From an uncultured delta proteobacterium (lineage in GTDB: Bacteria; Desulfobacterota; Syntrophia; Syntrophales; UBA2185), in contig CAVSPA010000005.1 in the NCBI GenBank assembly GCA_963729715.1, positions 32,001 through 96,000 of the forward strand: 64,000 nucleotides of DNA, read 5' to 3'. Below, one piece after another: positions 54,164-63,911 of this stretch. The first letter of the stretch is position 1. Each line of letters starts with the position of its first letter. A program made the position numbers and the translations under genes. The notes under the pieces are model-generated. The model was given only the letters and a program-made list of their open reading frames with translations. It searched no databases and was not told the origin of the DNA.

Positions 54164-57100
54164 ATGAGGCTGAAGAGACTTGAGATAGCCGGCTTTAAAT
54201 CCTTCCGGGATAAGGTCGTCCTCGACTTTTCGAAAGGGATCTCCGCAGTAGTCGGTCCCAATGGATGTGGGAAGAGCAATATCGTAGATGCCATCCGCTG
54301 GGCAATGGGTGAACAGCGTATAAAGAGCCTGCGTGGAAAAAAGATGGATGACGTCATTTTCCACGGCGCTGAGAATGCGGCCCCCATCGGCATGAGCGAA
54401 GTATCGATGATCCTCGACAGCAACGGGCGGCAATTCCCCGGGGAATATGCGGAATGCAGCGAGGTCATGATTTCGCGGCGGCTCTTCAGGGACGGCGAAA
54501 GCGAATACGCCATCAACAAGGTGCCCTGCCGGCTTATCGATGTCAGAGACTTCCTCATGGGTACGGGGCTCGGCGTCAGAACCTACTCCCTCGTTGAGCA
54601 GAACAGCGTTGCCAATCTTGTGGAAGCAAAACCCGAAGACAGAAGACAGTTCATCGAAGACGCTGCAGGTATATCGAAATATAAGGTCAGAAAAGAATCG
54701 GCCATGCGGAAGATGGAGGCGACAAAGCAGAACATCCTCCGCTTGAATGATATCATCAGAGAGGTAAAATCACAGCTCAATGCCGTATCGCGGCAGGCCA
54801 AAAGGGCGGAGCAGTACAAGGCTCTGAAGAAGGAAGTGAAAGAGGCCGAACTCGTCCTAGCCCTCCACACATACACGGATCTATCCGGACAGAAGGAAAC
54901 CCTCGGGCAAACGCGCGACTCCCTTAGCAAGAGGGATATGGAATTAACGACCAGCCTGAAAGAACTCGAAGCCTCAATCGAAGGCTTGAAGGCAGAGGTG
55001 CTGGAAAACGAAGCCTCCGTTTCTGAACACCAGGAAAAACTCTATGACATAAGAAACTCGATCAACATAAAGGAACAGGGGATCGAACATCTTAAAGGCA
55101 AAATAAAAGACATCGCCTCGCAGAAACAGAAAAACACGGCCGAGCTGGAGATGCTCCGCACAAGAGCGAAAAATCTGGCCGACGAAGTGGAAACCATCGC
55201 CATAATGGCGGATGAATCCGGCGTGGAGATTGAGAAGGTAAGAGACAATGTCCTCCAAAACCAGGCCAGCCTTGAAGAACTCAAGGCGGCCGCGAAATCG
55301 CTTACCGCGGAACTCGAAGAAAAGAAGATCGAGTTCTTCGAGTTAGCCACGGAAAAGGCGAAAGCGAAAAACACCCTTGTCGGCATCGGGAAGGGTATAG
55401 AAGATATCCGGAAGAGAAAAGAGAGGGACGTCCGAGAAGCAGACGAAAACAGGGAAAGGCTTGCGGAGACCCACCGGAATCTTGATTCCCTGATTGCGGC
55501 CCTAAATACTGATGAGGGCACGCTGGCAAATCTCACGGATAGCGCGGGCATGACTTCCGATGAACTTGAGCGGGCGAAGAATGATCTGCAACTGATCGAC
55601 GAGCGCATCTCGGAGATGAAGGATGAAGCGGGCATGAAATCATCGCGGCTTGCCTCCTTGATAGAGTTGCAGGAAAGCTACGCTTGGTGTTCTGACGGAA
55701 CGAAATCGATAATGCAGGCAAAGAAGGTTGCGAGCCCCGACATGCTGCCCGGCGAGACCTGCCTAGGACTCGTTGCTGACGTTCTGGATGTGCCCCGTGA
55801 ATATGAAACGGCGGTTGAATCCGTCCTGGGGGACAAGCTCCAGTACATGGTGGTCAGAAGTCAGAGAGACGGGATGCTGGCCATCGACTATCTGAAAAGC
55901 TCGTCTTCAGGAAGGGGAACCTTCGTCCCCCTCGAAGTCAGACATCATAATTACGGCTCTTCGGCGGAGTATCTCAAGGATGCGGTGAAACTGATCGACG
56001 TAGTCAATGTTCATCAGGGCTTCGAGAAAATAGCCGACTACCTCTTGGGAGATGTTCTTTTGATACCGAACCTCAACAACGGCGTCTCCCTCTGGGAACG
56101 AAACGGTTTCAGAGGCACCTTCGTTACATCGGAAGGCGACATCATAAATCCGCAGGGAGTGCTGACGGGGGGAAGCAAAACGAACGGCGATAAGAGCCTG
56201 CTTAAGACCAAGCGTGAGATCGCCGAACTGGAAGGAGATGTAGATCGTTTAAATATCTCCCTTGCGGAGGACATTGAAAAGAAGAAGGACGCGATATCTC
56301 TCATCTTGCAATGGGAAGAAGAGCTGGTCCAGCTGCGGTCGGAAATCCGCGATCTGGAACTACTGGTCAACGGCAAGCAGAAAGACCTCGAGAGATTTGA
56401 GGCCGAGATAAGAGGTATCGAACAGAGAATAAAAGTCCTCGATTTCAATTGTGATAATCATCAGGCGGAAGAAGCGGCCGCCCTCGAAGAATGCGCCGCT
56501 ATAGAGAAGCGCATCATTTCCTCCGAAGCCCAGGAAGACACGATGAACACCGCCATGTCCGCCCTCCAGGAGAAGTTGGCAACGCTGAAGACGAAGGTGG
56601 AAGAGCGGGAAGAACATCTCACAGGGGAAAAGATCCAACTCGCGTCTCTCGAAGAAAAGAGAAACGCGGACCTCAAAACCATTGAGAGGTTGGAGGCCGA
56701 CAGTGCGGGCACGTCCCGTGAAATAGATATCAGGACCACGGAGCTTGTGCAGAGTGACCGGGAGATTGAAGATGTGACCGAGCAAATCTCAACGGAACAG
56801 GGTCTGCTCGAACGCCTGTACTCGGAGCATGAGAGCGTCGAAGGCACACTCACGGAGATGAGGCTCTCACAGCAGGAACGGGAAACACTGTTGAGAAACA
56901 GGGACACGGACCTCAGGGAGGTCAAGAAGACCCATGACCAGGTCGTAAAGGAAATGAATGAACTGGAGATAGCTTACCGCGAGCTCACCTTTCAGTCGGA
57001 CAGCTTGCGCCAAGGCATTCAGGAAAAATACTACGTCGATCTCCAAACTCTCGTCCCCGAATTTCAGCGGCTCGATGAACCGGTTCTCGAAGAGCTGACC

Positions 57101-57730
57101 GCCAAGCTGAATAAGGACAGGCAGTTTGTGGAAAACTTCGGCGAAGTGAATCTGCTCGCGCTTAACGAATTTGAGGAACTCAAAGTGCGCTACGAATTCC
57201 TCACAACCCAGGTCGGTGATTTGAACGCCTCGCTTGATTCTCTCCAGGCGACCATTACGAAAATAAACATTGAATCGCGAAAGCGTTTCGCAGAGACCTT
57301 TGAAGCGGTCAACGAGTGTTTCAAGGAAATATTTGCGAGGATATTCCCGGGCGGCAAAGGTGAACTGAAGCTGACGGAGGCTGAAGACATACTGGAGACA
57401 GGCGTGGACATCGATATCGTCATTCCCGGAAAACGCGCGCAGAGTGTCAGCCTGCTTTCTGGTGGAGAAAAATCGCTCGCCGCCATAGCCCTGATTTTCG
57501 CCATTCTCATGTACCGACCTGTTCCGTTCCTGGTCCTGGATGAGGTGGACGCAGCGCTTGACGATGCGAATATAAGCCTGTTTAACAATCTCGTGAAAGA
57601 CATCTCGTCAAACTCCCAGATAATCATGGTCACCCATAACAAGAAGTCCATGGAGGTCGCGGAATATCTGTTCGGCATCACAATGCAGAAGCAGGGTATT
57701 TCCACCATGGTGTCCGTAGCCCTGAACTAA
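54164..57730 (+). CDS. smc: Chromosome segregation protein SMC
   Basis: GFKSF, GPNGCGKSN, hinge, LSGGEK, LDEVDAALD. Confidence 0.97.
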   Translation: MRLKRLEIAGFKSFRDKVVLDFSKGISAVVGPNGCGKSNIVDAIRWAMGEQRIKSLRGKKMDDVIFHGAENAAPIGMSEVSMILDSNGRQFPGEYAECSEVMISRRLFRDGESEYAINKVPCRLIDVRDFLMGTGLGVRTYSLVEQNSVANLVEAKPEDRRQFIEDAAGISKYKVRKESAMRKMEATKQNILRLNDIIREVKSQLNAVSRQAKRAEQYKALKKEVKEAELVLALHTYTDLSGQKETLGQTRDSLSKRDMELTTSLKELEASIEGLKAEVLENEASVSEHQEKLYDIRNSINIKEQGIEHLKGKIKDIASQKQKNTAELEMLRTRAKNLADEVETIAIMADESGVEIEKVRDNVLQNQASLEELKAAAKSLTAELEEKKIEFFELATEKAKAKNTLVGIGKGIEDIRKRKERDVREADENRERLAETHRNLDSLIAALNTDEGTLANLTDSAGMTSDELERAKNDLQLIDERISEMKDEAGMKSSRLASLIELQESYAWCSDGTKSIMQAKKVASPDMLPGETCLGLVADVLDVPREYETAVESVLGDKLQYMVVRSQRDGMLAIDYLKSSSSGRGTFVPLEVRHHNYGSSAEYLKDAVKLIDVVNVHQGFEKIADYLLGDVLLIPNLNNGVSLWERNGFRGTFVTSEGDIINPQGVLTGGSKTNGDKSLLKTKREIAELEGDVDRLNISLAEDIEKKKDAISLILQWEEELVQLRSEIRDLELLVNGKQKDLERFEAEIRGIEQRIKVLDFNCDNHQAEEAAALEECAAIEKRIISSEAQEDTMNTAMSALQEKLATLKTKVEEREEHLTGEKIQLASLEEKRNADLKTIERLEADSAGTSREIDIRTTELVQSDREIEDVTEQISTEQGLLERLYSEHESVEGTLTEMRLSQQERETLLRNRDTDLREVKKTHDQVVKEMNELEIAYRELTFQSDSLRQGIQEKYYVDLQTLVPEFQRLDEPVLEELTAKLNKDRQFVENFGEVNLLALNEFEELKVRYEFLTTQVGDLNASLDSLQATITKINIESRKRFAETFEAVNECFKEIFARIFPGGKGELKLTEAEDILETGVDIDIVIPGKRAQSVSLLSGGEKSLAAIALIFAILMYRPVPFLVLDEVDAALDDANISLFNNLVKDISSNSQIIMVTHNKKSMEVAEYLFGITMQKQGISTMVSVALN

Positions 57731-58156
57731 ACCGTGTAAAATGCCAATAGAGTTTGTCACTTGCTAATAGAGTGTGTCACTGAATGACAAAATGCCCTTA
57801 AGTGACAAACTCTTTTTATCAATAATGCGATATCAAGAAAATAGTCACTTTGCCAAAAGTTCTTGCTATTCCCTCAATAGCAAGAACTTCATTCATTGAG
57901 CTTTCCCTCATCGTAAAGGAAAGTTAGTGGCAATACATCAACCTAATCACCATTAGATTTTACTGGAAAATATGAGTTTGTCTGATCGACAAATTGCTTC
58001 TTTTAGTTAATTAATCAGCGATGAAGATAGATATGCATATAGCAAATACTAATATACATAACTGCTAATCGGCTTAATCTATTGAATACAGCATGAAATG
58101 TGGAAATGCGTGACGATTGCCCGAAATGTCGCATGGGCTCGCTTCATCAGCAGTCG

Positions 58157-58588
58157 CTATTCCTTTTTACCAGCGACCTCCTTATAACTTTTTACGAGCC
58201 GGGTAGCTATCACACCTGCCAGTCGCTTCATGATAATCAGGCTTTCAGCAGGATGCCTCTGGAATACCCGCATCAGCCGCTCTGCGTCAATTTTTAGTAC
58301 CTTGCTTTCTTTCACGCATTCCGCTGCGGCCGTGTACTCATTAGGTTCTACAAGCGACGACCAGCCGAACACCGACCCCGTCTTGACCATGGGGAAGGAG
58401 AAGTCCTTTTGCCCTCGAATGATCAGATTGATCTCTCCTTCTTCAAGGATATACAGAAAATCCGCAACATCACCTTCTCGAAAAACCACATATCCTGCCG
58501 GGTAACTCTCCTGAGTGACGAGTTCAGATATTTCACCAATCATGTGTGAAGGGATTCCCTGGAAGAGCTCCACCTCCTGGATAAACAT
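58157..58588 (-). CDS. Stand-alone cyclic-nucleotide-binding domain protein
   Basis: ELFQGI, VFREGD.A..LYI...G, G.VFGWS.L...YTA.A.C; no HTH. Confidence 0.88.
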   Translation of the reverse strand: MFIQEVELFQGIPSHMIGEISELVTQESYPAGYVVFREGDVADFLYILEEGEINLIIRGQKDFSFPMVKTGSVFGWSSLVEPNEYTAAAECVKESKVLKIDAERLMRVFQRHPAESLIIMKRLAGVIATRLVKSYKEVAGKKE

Positions 58589-58621
58589 ATCAGTCACCTC
58601 CTCTATGAATCTTCTTCTTGC

Positions 58622-59107
58622 TCAATCTTCGCTCAAAACAGAGAGTCCTCGCTCACCAATCAGAATAATCTCGGTGTGGGTCAGACGGGTGGCTACTACC
58701 CTTGCTGTCGCTTGCATGAAATTATATCCTAATGTGGCATCTTCATTTAGCAGCTCCCTGAGCGTAGCTCCATCGAAGACGATGGCTTTCGAATCATCGA
58801 TGCATCGGGCGCCAAGGGTGTACACGTAAGGTTCAATAACAGTTGACCATCCCATGGCATCTCCCTTTGTAACTATGTCCACGGTGACCTGCATAGGTGG
58901 TCTGGCAGTACCCATGTAAGTATCCATGCCCAGAACTACCTTTCCCCCTTCCAACAGGTAGAGGTTTTGTGCCGGGTCTCCCTTTTTCCACAACTGAGAA
59001 CCTGCCCTGTAAGATTCTTCAGTAGCTATATCCGCCAGTTTCTTGATTTGCTCGTCACTGAAGCCATGAAAAAATTTGAATCCTTTTAAGATATTTACCG
59101 AAACCAT
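58622..59107 (-). CDS. Stand-alone cyclic-nucleotide-binding domain protein
   Basis: FFHGFS, KGDPA..LYLL..G, GD.MGWS....YT..ARC. Confidence 0.88.
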   Translation of the reverse strand: MVSVNILKGFKFFHGFSDEQIKKLADIATEESYRAGSQLWKKGDPAQNLYLLEGGKVVLGMDTYMGTARPPMQVTVDIVTKGDAMGWSTVIEPYVYTLGARCIDDSKAIVFDGATLRELLNEDATLGYNFMQATARVVATRLTHTEIILIGERGLSVLSED

Positions 59108-59152
59108 GGATTGTCACCTCCTTTCTGGGAAGAAGAACTCTGTGATTCCAGA

Positions 59153-59590
59153 TCAATCTTTTGTTTCGAATCCCACGGCGGTGAAATAGATTGCGCGATC
59201 GAAAAACAGGACGGACCGATTGATGAGATCTATTGCCTGGTGAAGATCCAGAGCTGTATCCAAGAGACCTGCGGAACGCACGAGCAGCCAAATGTGGCGT
59301 CTCGTGATGATGAGCGCCTGAATGACTTCCGACAAGGCGAATCCCTCCTGGCGCCGCTGCTTGCCAAGGGCTATGTAAATTTTTTCAATCTCTTTTTTGG
59401 TAGTTTCATTAGACATCCATTTGTCAAACTGGCTGTAAACACGGAAAGCTCTCTGATAGAGTTGCTTTTCATCATAGGTCTGATAGGTCTTGGTTCCGAG
59501 ATGTTCCTTTACATCCTTCAGCCAGCGTTTTGTCAACATGTCGGCATTGTGTTCAACAAGCTCCACCAATTTTCTGGATAGCACTTTCAT
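59153..59590 (-). CDS. RsbRD-N/HisK-N-like helical sensor domain protein
   Basis: LVELVE.NAD.L...W; LG..R..EG..LSEVI.AL; FFDRAIY. Confidence 0.7.
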   Translation of the reverse strand: MKVLSRKLVELVEHNADMLTKRWLKDVKEHLGTKTYQTYDEKQLYQRAFRVYSQFDKWMSNETTKKEIEKIYIALGKQRRQEGFALSEVIQALIITRRHIWLLVRSAGLLDTALDLHQAIDLINRSVLFFDRAIYFTAVGFETKD

Positions 59591-59690
59591 AGTCTCCCTC
59601 CTTCAATAGAAAGTATAGCGTTTCCTGAGGTTAAGTGCTGGAACACGAAAAGAATTTCAACCCTGATCCACTAATGTTAACCTTAAAAAC

Positions 59691-59706
59691 TGCAATACTG
59701 ATGCCA
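59691..59706 (-). promoter_or_regulatory. sigma54 -24/-12 promoter
   Basis: Minus strand TGGCATCAGTATTGCA (GG-N10-GC), ~100 bp upstream of the 59590 start. Confidence 0.75.
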
Positions 59707-59769
59707 TATACTTTTCTTAAATCATTCTAATGATATATGATGTCTGCGGAACATCTTTGCCTGCATCTA

Positions 59770-59806
59770 GGGGTAACATTACCCCCACCTGGGGGTTTTA
59801 TTCCCC
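59770..59806. promoter_or_regulatory. Candidate enhancer-binding protein sites (UAS)
   Basis: Palindrome GGGGTAA-CA-TTACCCC plus a degenerate copy GGGGGTTTTATTCCCC. Confidence 0.5.
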
Positions 59807-60349
59807 GTAAGAAACAGTGTCTTGACGCTTATTTGTTAAGCTGAAGCCAGTAGCGACGTATGGCCAACCAAAGTTCCAGAACTTATGTCAGGAAGCCTTA
59901 TATACTGGAGAAGGTTGGTCTGGCAGTAAGGAAAAGACTTGACAAAAGATAAGTCAAAAATATTTCCAACAGTACAAATGGAAATCATTGATTCTGAATG
60001 ATAACGCAGTGCACAAGGTGTTAGCGATAATCCAGACTAGTCCTAATTGGACACTCACTATCAAGTTACATAGAGGTTAGGTCGCACAAATAATGCCAAT
60101 AGAAATTCTCACTAATGCTAACTTACCAATAGAGTGACAATTTCTATTAGCATTTCGCGTCGGCTAAGATATTGATTTCACATAGCCGAGAGTGACACAG
60201 TCTATTGGCAGTTGGCAACCGCGCTTAAGCATTCCATCCTTTACATCTCAGAATAAAAATTGTTATACATTAACCATGTCTTTTCTTCTCGCCCCCTTTG
60301 CGGCGGACGAAATGAGGTACTTTTCAGAATTTTAAAAGCGGATGGATAA

Positions 60350-61294
60350 ATGGGAAGCGATACGGAAAGCAAAGGCTTTTTTGAAAGACTGAAGGCAGGC
60401 CTTGCCCGGACAAGAAACGCCTTCATCAAAAATATTGATGATATTATCCTCGGAGAAAGGGTCATCAGCCAGAAGCTCTTTGACGAGCTCGAGGAAACGC
60501 TTATCATGGCTGATGTCGGCCCTGTTTTCACGTACGAGCTCATCGAAAAAATGAAAGAACAGGCCAAGAGAAACGAGCTCGGAGACGCGGAGCTACTCAG
60601 GAAGGTGCTCCGCGATACGATCACAGATACGCTGAAAAGAAATGAGGCACCTCTTCAAAATCCGAAGAATGAACTTTTTACCATCATGGTGGTGGGCGTC
60701 AACGGCACAGGCAAGACCACGACAATCGGAAAACTCGCAAACGCCTTGAAAAAAGATGGGGCGTCCCCCATGCTCGTCGCAGCTGACACCTTCAGGGCCG
60801 CCGCTATCGAACAGCTTGAGGTCTGGAGCCGGAGGGTGGATGCGCCTCTCATCAAGCAGAAGACCGGCGCTGATCCTTCCGCCGTTGTCTTCGATGCCAT
60901 TGTCGCGGCCAAGGCCCGGAAAGCCGACGCCGTTATCATCGACACCGCAGGCAGGCTTCACACCAAGGTCAATCTGATGGAAGAGCTCAAGAAGATGAAG
61001 CGCATTATAGAAAGGGAGCTGCCGAACGCCCCGCACGAGATCCTTCTTGTCCTTGATGCCACGACGGGGCAGAATGCCATCGTCCAGGCAAAGATGTTCA
61101 ACGACGAAATCGGCGTGACGGGAATTATATTAACCAAACTCGACGGAACTGCGAAGGGCGGCGTGATTATAGGGATTGCCAGGGAGCTTAACATTCCCGT
61201 CCGGTATATCGGTATCGGAGAGAGGCTCGATGACCTGAAACCCTTCAAGAGCGCGGAATTCACGGACGCCCTCTTCGAACAGGACGCCCGGTAA
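60350..61294 (+). CDS. ftsY: SRP receptor FtsY
   Basis: GVNGTGKTT, DTFRAAA, DTAGR, TKLDGTAKGG. Confidence 0.97.
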   Translation: MGSDTESKGFFERLKAGLARTRNAFIKNIDDIILGERVISQKLFDELEETLIMADVGPVFTYELIEKMKEQAKRNELGDAELLRKVLRDTITDTLKRNEAPLQNPKNELFTIMVVGVNGTGKTTTIGKLANALKKDGASPMLVAADTFRAAAIEQLEVWSRRVDAPLIKQKTGADPSAVVFDAIVAAKARKADAVIIDTAGRLHTKVNLMEELKKMKRIIERELPNAPHEILLVLDATTGQNAIVQAKMFNDEIGVTGIILTKLDGTAKGGVIIGIARELNIPVRYIGIGERLDDLKPFKSAEFTDALFEQDAR

Positions 61295-61303
61295 TCCGTC
61301 CTT

Positions 61304-61364
61304 GCAGGACTAAAGTCCTGCACTACATTTATAGTGTTTACGTAGTCCAGACCTTCAGATCTAC
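61304..61364. repeat. GTAG-type REP pair
   Basis: GCAGGACTAAAGTCCTGCACTAC and GTAGTCCAGACCTTCAGATCTAC in opposite orientation. Confidence 0.6.
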
Positions 61365-61396
61365 CATGTCAGGACTTGGACTAAAAAAGCTTCTGT

Positions 61397-62041
61397 ATGG
61401 GAAAGATATTCGCGATAGGAGATGTCCACGGCTGCATCTCCCAGCTTGATGAACTGATGGCGCAGTTCGATATCGATGCAGTGGAAGACACACTCGTCTT
61501 CGTCGGTGATTATATAGACCGCGGCCCTGATTCGAAGGGGGTCATCGATGCTATTCTCGATATCAGAAAAAACATCGGTAACGTCGTCTGCCTCTCGGGC
61601 AATCACGAAGATATGTTTCTCAACTATTGTCTTGACCGCAGGAATGAAGGCCTCTGCATGTCCAACGGGGGCATGCGCTCGTTGGCGTCGTACGGCTTTT
61701 CCCGGGAAGGTACGGAGGAATTAATCTTGCCGGAAACCCACAGAGAGTTCTTCAACAGCCTCCGCACATATTATGAAACAGACGATTATATATTCGTCCA
61801 CGCCGGTCTCAGACCCGGCGTCCCACTTGATCGGCAGAACCGCGAGGACCTTTTGTGGATACGGTTCGAGTTTATCAACTCTCCGTACGATTTCGGCAAG
61901 ACCGTCATTTACGGACATACGCCCGTCTCTTTCAATAAGCCTTTCATCGACAAGAATAAGATCAACATCGATACGGGCGCCGTTTACGGCGGCAAGCTTA
62001 CGTGCATTGAACTCCCCGATATGAAAATACATCAGGTTTGA
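61397..62041 (+). CDS. Calcineurin-like metallophosphoesterase (Ser/Thr phosphatase-like)
   Basis: GDVHG, GDYIDRG, GNHE, VHAG, GHTP, IDTG. Confidence 0.93.
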   Translation: MGKIFAIGDVHGCISQLDELMAQFDIDAVEDTLVFVGDYIDRGPDSKGVIDAILDIRKNIGNVVCLSGNHEDMFLNYCLDRRNEGLCMSNGGMRSLASYGFSREGTEELILPETHREFFNSLRTYYETDDYIFVHAGLRPGVPLDRQNREDLLWIRFEFINSPYDFGKTVIYGHTPVSFNKPFIDKNKINIDTGAVYGGKLTCIELPDMKIHQV

Positions 62042-62046
62042 CTTTC

Positions 62047-62937
62047 ATGAAAATTATCGAATGCGTTCCCAATATCAGTGAAGGCTGCGACAGGAAAAAG
62101 ATAGATAGCATCGCAGCGGCGTTCTCCACGGTCGAGGGCGTGAGACTCCTTAACGTGTGCGTCGATCAAGACCACAACCGCACAGTCCTTACCTTCATCG
62201 GTGAACCGGAGGATATATTGAAAGGAGCCGCCGCCGCCTGCGAGAAGGCCCTCGATCTCATCGACATGCGCAAACACAAAGGCGTGCACCCGCGGATCGG
62301 CGCCGTCGATGTGGTTCCCTTCGTCCCTCTGAAAGGCGCGACGATGAAAGACGCCGTTGACCTCGCGCACAGATTCGGCCACGCATTGGGAGAGAAGCGC
62401 AGGATCCCCGTCTACTTTTACGGTGCGGCGGCACTTGATCCGAAAAGAAGAGAATTAGCAGACTTAAGAAGAGGCGAATACGAGGCTTTGAAAACTAGGT
62501 TTGCCGACCCCCTGTGGATGCCGGATGCCGGCCCGGCCCGCTTCGATCCGCAGAGCGGCGCAGTTGCCTGCGGGGCGCGGGAGCCGCTCATCGCCTACAA
62601 TATCAATCTCGCCACAGACAATCTCCAGGTGGCAAAGGACATCGCTTGTTCCATCAGGCAATCGAGCGGCGGGCTGCAATACGTGAAGGCCATCGGCGTT
62701 CCCCTCGCGAGCAGGAATATCGTTCAGGTATCGATGAACCTCACCAATTATAAAGTGACGCCGCCGCGGAAGGTTTTTGATGTTGTGAAAGAGAAGGCCG
62801 CAGCATGCGACGTTTCCATCATCGAGTCGGAGCTGATCGGCCTCATCCCCGAAGAGGCGCTCGAAGGCATCTCCGCCGAATATCTACAGCTCTCTAATTT
62901 CTGCGCCGAATGCATCATCGAGACCCACCTGCAGTAG
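62047..62937 (+). CDS. ftcD: Glutamate formiminotransferase
   Basis: IECVPN.SEG, D.DHNR.V, HPR.GAVDV.PF, QVSMNL, SELIGL.P. Confidence 0.93.
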   Translation: MKIIECVPNISEGCDRKKIDSIAAAFSTVEGVRLLNVCVDQDHNRTVLTFIGEPEDILKGAAAACEKALDLIDMRKHKGVHPRIGAVDVVPFVPLKGATMKDAVDLAHRFGHALGEKRRIPVYFYGAAALDPKRRELADLRRGEYEALKTRFADPLWMPDAGPARFDPQSGAVACGAREPLIAYNINLATDNLQVAKDIACSIRQSSGGLQYVKAIGVPLASRNIVQVSMNLTNYKVTPPRKVFDVVKEKAAACDVSIIESELIGLIPEEALEGISAEYLQLSNFCAECIIETHLQ

Positions 62938-62983
62938 CAGTAAGGGTTCTTTCACGCTGACGCAGATCAACTTCTGTCGTTGA

Positions 62984-63289
62984 TCACTTTTTGGGAAGCT
63001 TGGCCGCGAGAACATCCATATTTTCAATAACGGGCGGCTGCGCCAAAAGCTCGGAGGCTTTGGCTATCAATGCTGCCGCGACCCGACCGCCAAGGTGGGC
63101 CAGCCGGCCCTCTTCATCGGGAAAGGCATCAAAGATGGCAAACGTTGACGGCCCCGGGCGTGTAGAGAACCATGCCACAGTTGCGGGCTCCTCCAGGACT
63201 ATCGGCAGGGCTCCACACAAGAGATTTTCCACTTCCTTCTCTTTACCGGGCTTTGCCTCCAGACGTACAAACAGTGCTTTGTGAACCAT
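62984..63289 (-). CDS. Antibiotic biosynthesis monooxygenase (ABM) family protein
   Basis: ALFVRLEAKPGKE, F.IFD.F.DE.GR.AHL.G; own AAGGAGGT RBS; ORF stays open in frame to 63553. Confidence 0.85.
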   Translation of the reverse strand: MVHKALFVRLEAKPGKEKEVENLLCGALPIVLEEPATVAWFSTRPGPSTFAIFDAFPDEEGRLAHLGGRVAAALIAKASELLAQPPVIENMDVLAAKLPKK

Positions 63290-63834
63290 GTTCCACCTCC
63301 TTTTTAGTAAAAAAGGCCGGCCGCGGGTACCGTGGACGTTTCTCTTCTCCACGAGCGCTTCTTCAATTGGCGGCGCTTCCGTGAATTCGTCGGCTGCCTG
63401 CAGCGGCTCCTCATTTTCGTAATCGCCGAGCTTCCAAATCATCGCGTCAAGGTCTTTGTCGCACTTCCTTTCCTCACCGCTATCGAACTCCTGTATCTGA
63501 TCGTCGAGAAGCTTATCCAGCGGTTTCAACTTGTCAACATCCTTGCATTCCATGCCCTCCTCCTTTGATATGGCAGGCGGCGCTCAATGGTTTGGGAGAC
63601 ACCGCTCATGGGAAGAAGATGTATGAATCCGACACTGAGAGCAATGATAGAAGATTGTAAGCCGATTGGTGGGTATGACTAACTGTCGCAGCGGTGTACG
63701 GCAGGCTTGTTCTCGGTATTAGCCCCTTTTACGAAAAGGGGAAATGTGGCGCAGCAATATTCCCACCTCACAACACAACGATTGACACTCTTAGCGGAAT
63801 TATGTTAAAGCCCTTCATCTGAAAGCTAAGCTGT

Positions 63835-63911
63835 GCCCCCGTAGCTCAGGCGGATAGAGCAACGGATTCCTAATCCGTGTGCCGCGTGTTCGAGTCACGC
63901 CGGGGGCACCA
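63835..63911 (+). tRNA. tRNA-Arg(CCT)
   Basis: GCCCCCG/CGGGGGC acceptor, ACGGA-TTCCTAA-TCCGT anticodon arm, GTTCGAG T-loop, encoded CCA; TTGACA at 63782. Confidence 0.96.

Larger units (their letters stand above)
57735..60217. mobile_element. Non-autonomous transposon/cassette with TG..CA ends and IS21-like repeated end motifs
   Basis: 27-bp IRs TGTAAAATGCCAATAGAGTTTGTCACT / reverse complement TGCCAACTGCCAATAGACTGTGTCACT; extra 20-bp copies at both ends; ACCG at 57731-57734 and 60218-60221. Confidence 0.8.

Noticed and set aside
57742..57821. Tandem 20-bp repeats as a CRISPR array
   Set aside because: No spacers, mixed orientation, no cas genes; better explained as transposon end motifs
59890..59935. 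IS3-like TGEGW fragment inside the cassette
   Set aside because: Five-residue match with no supporting frame; likely chance
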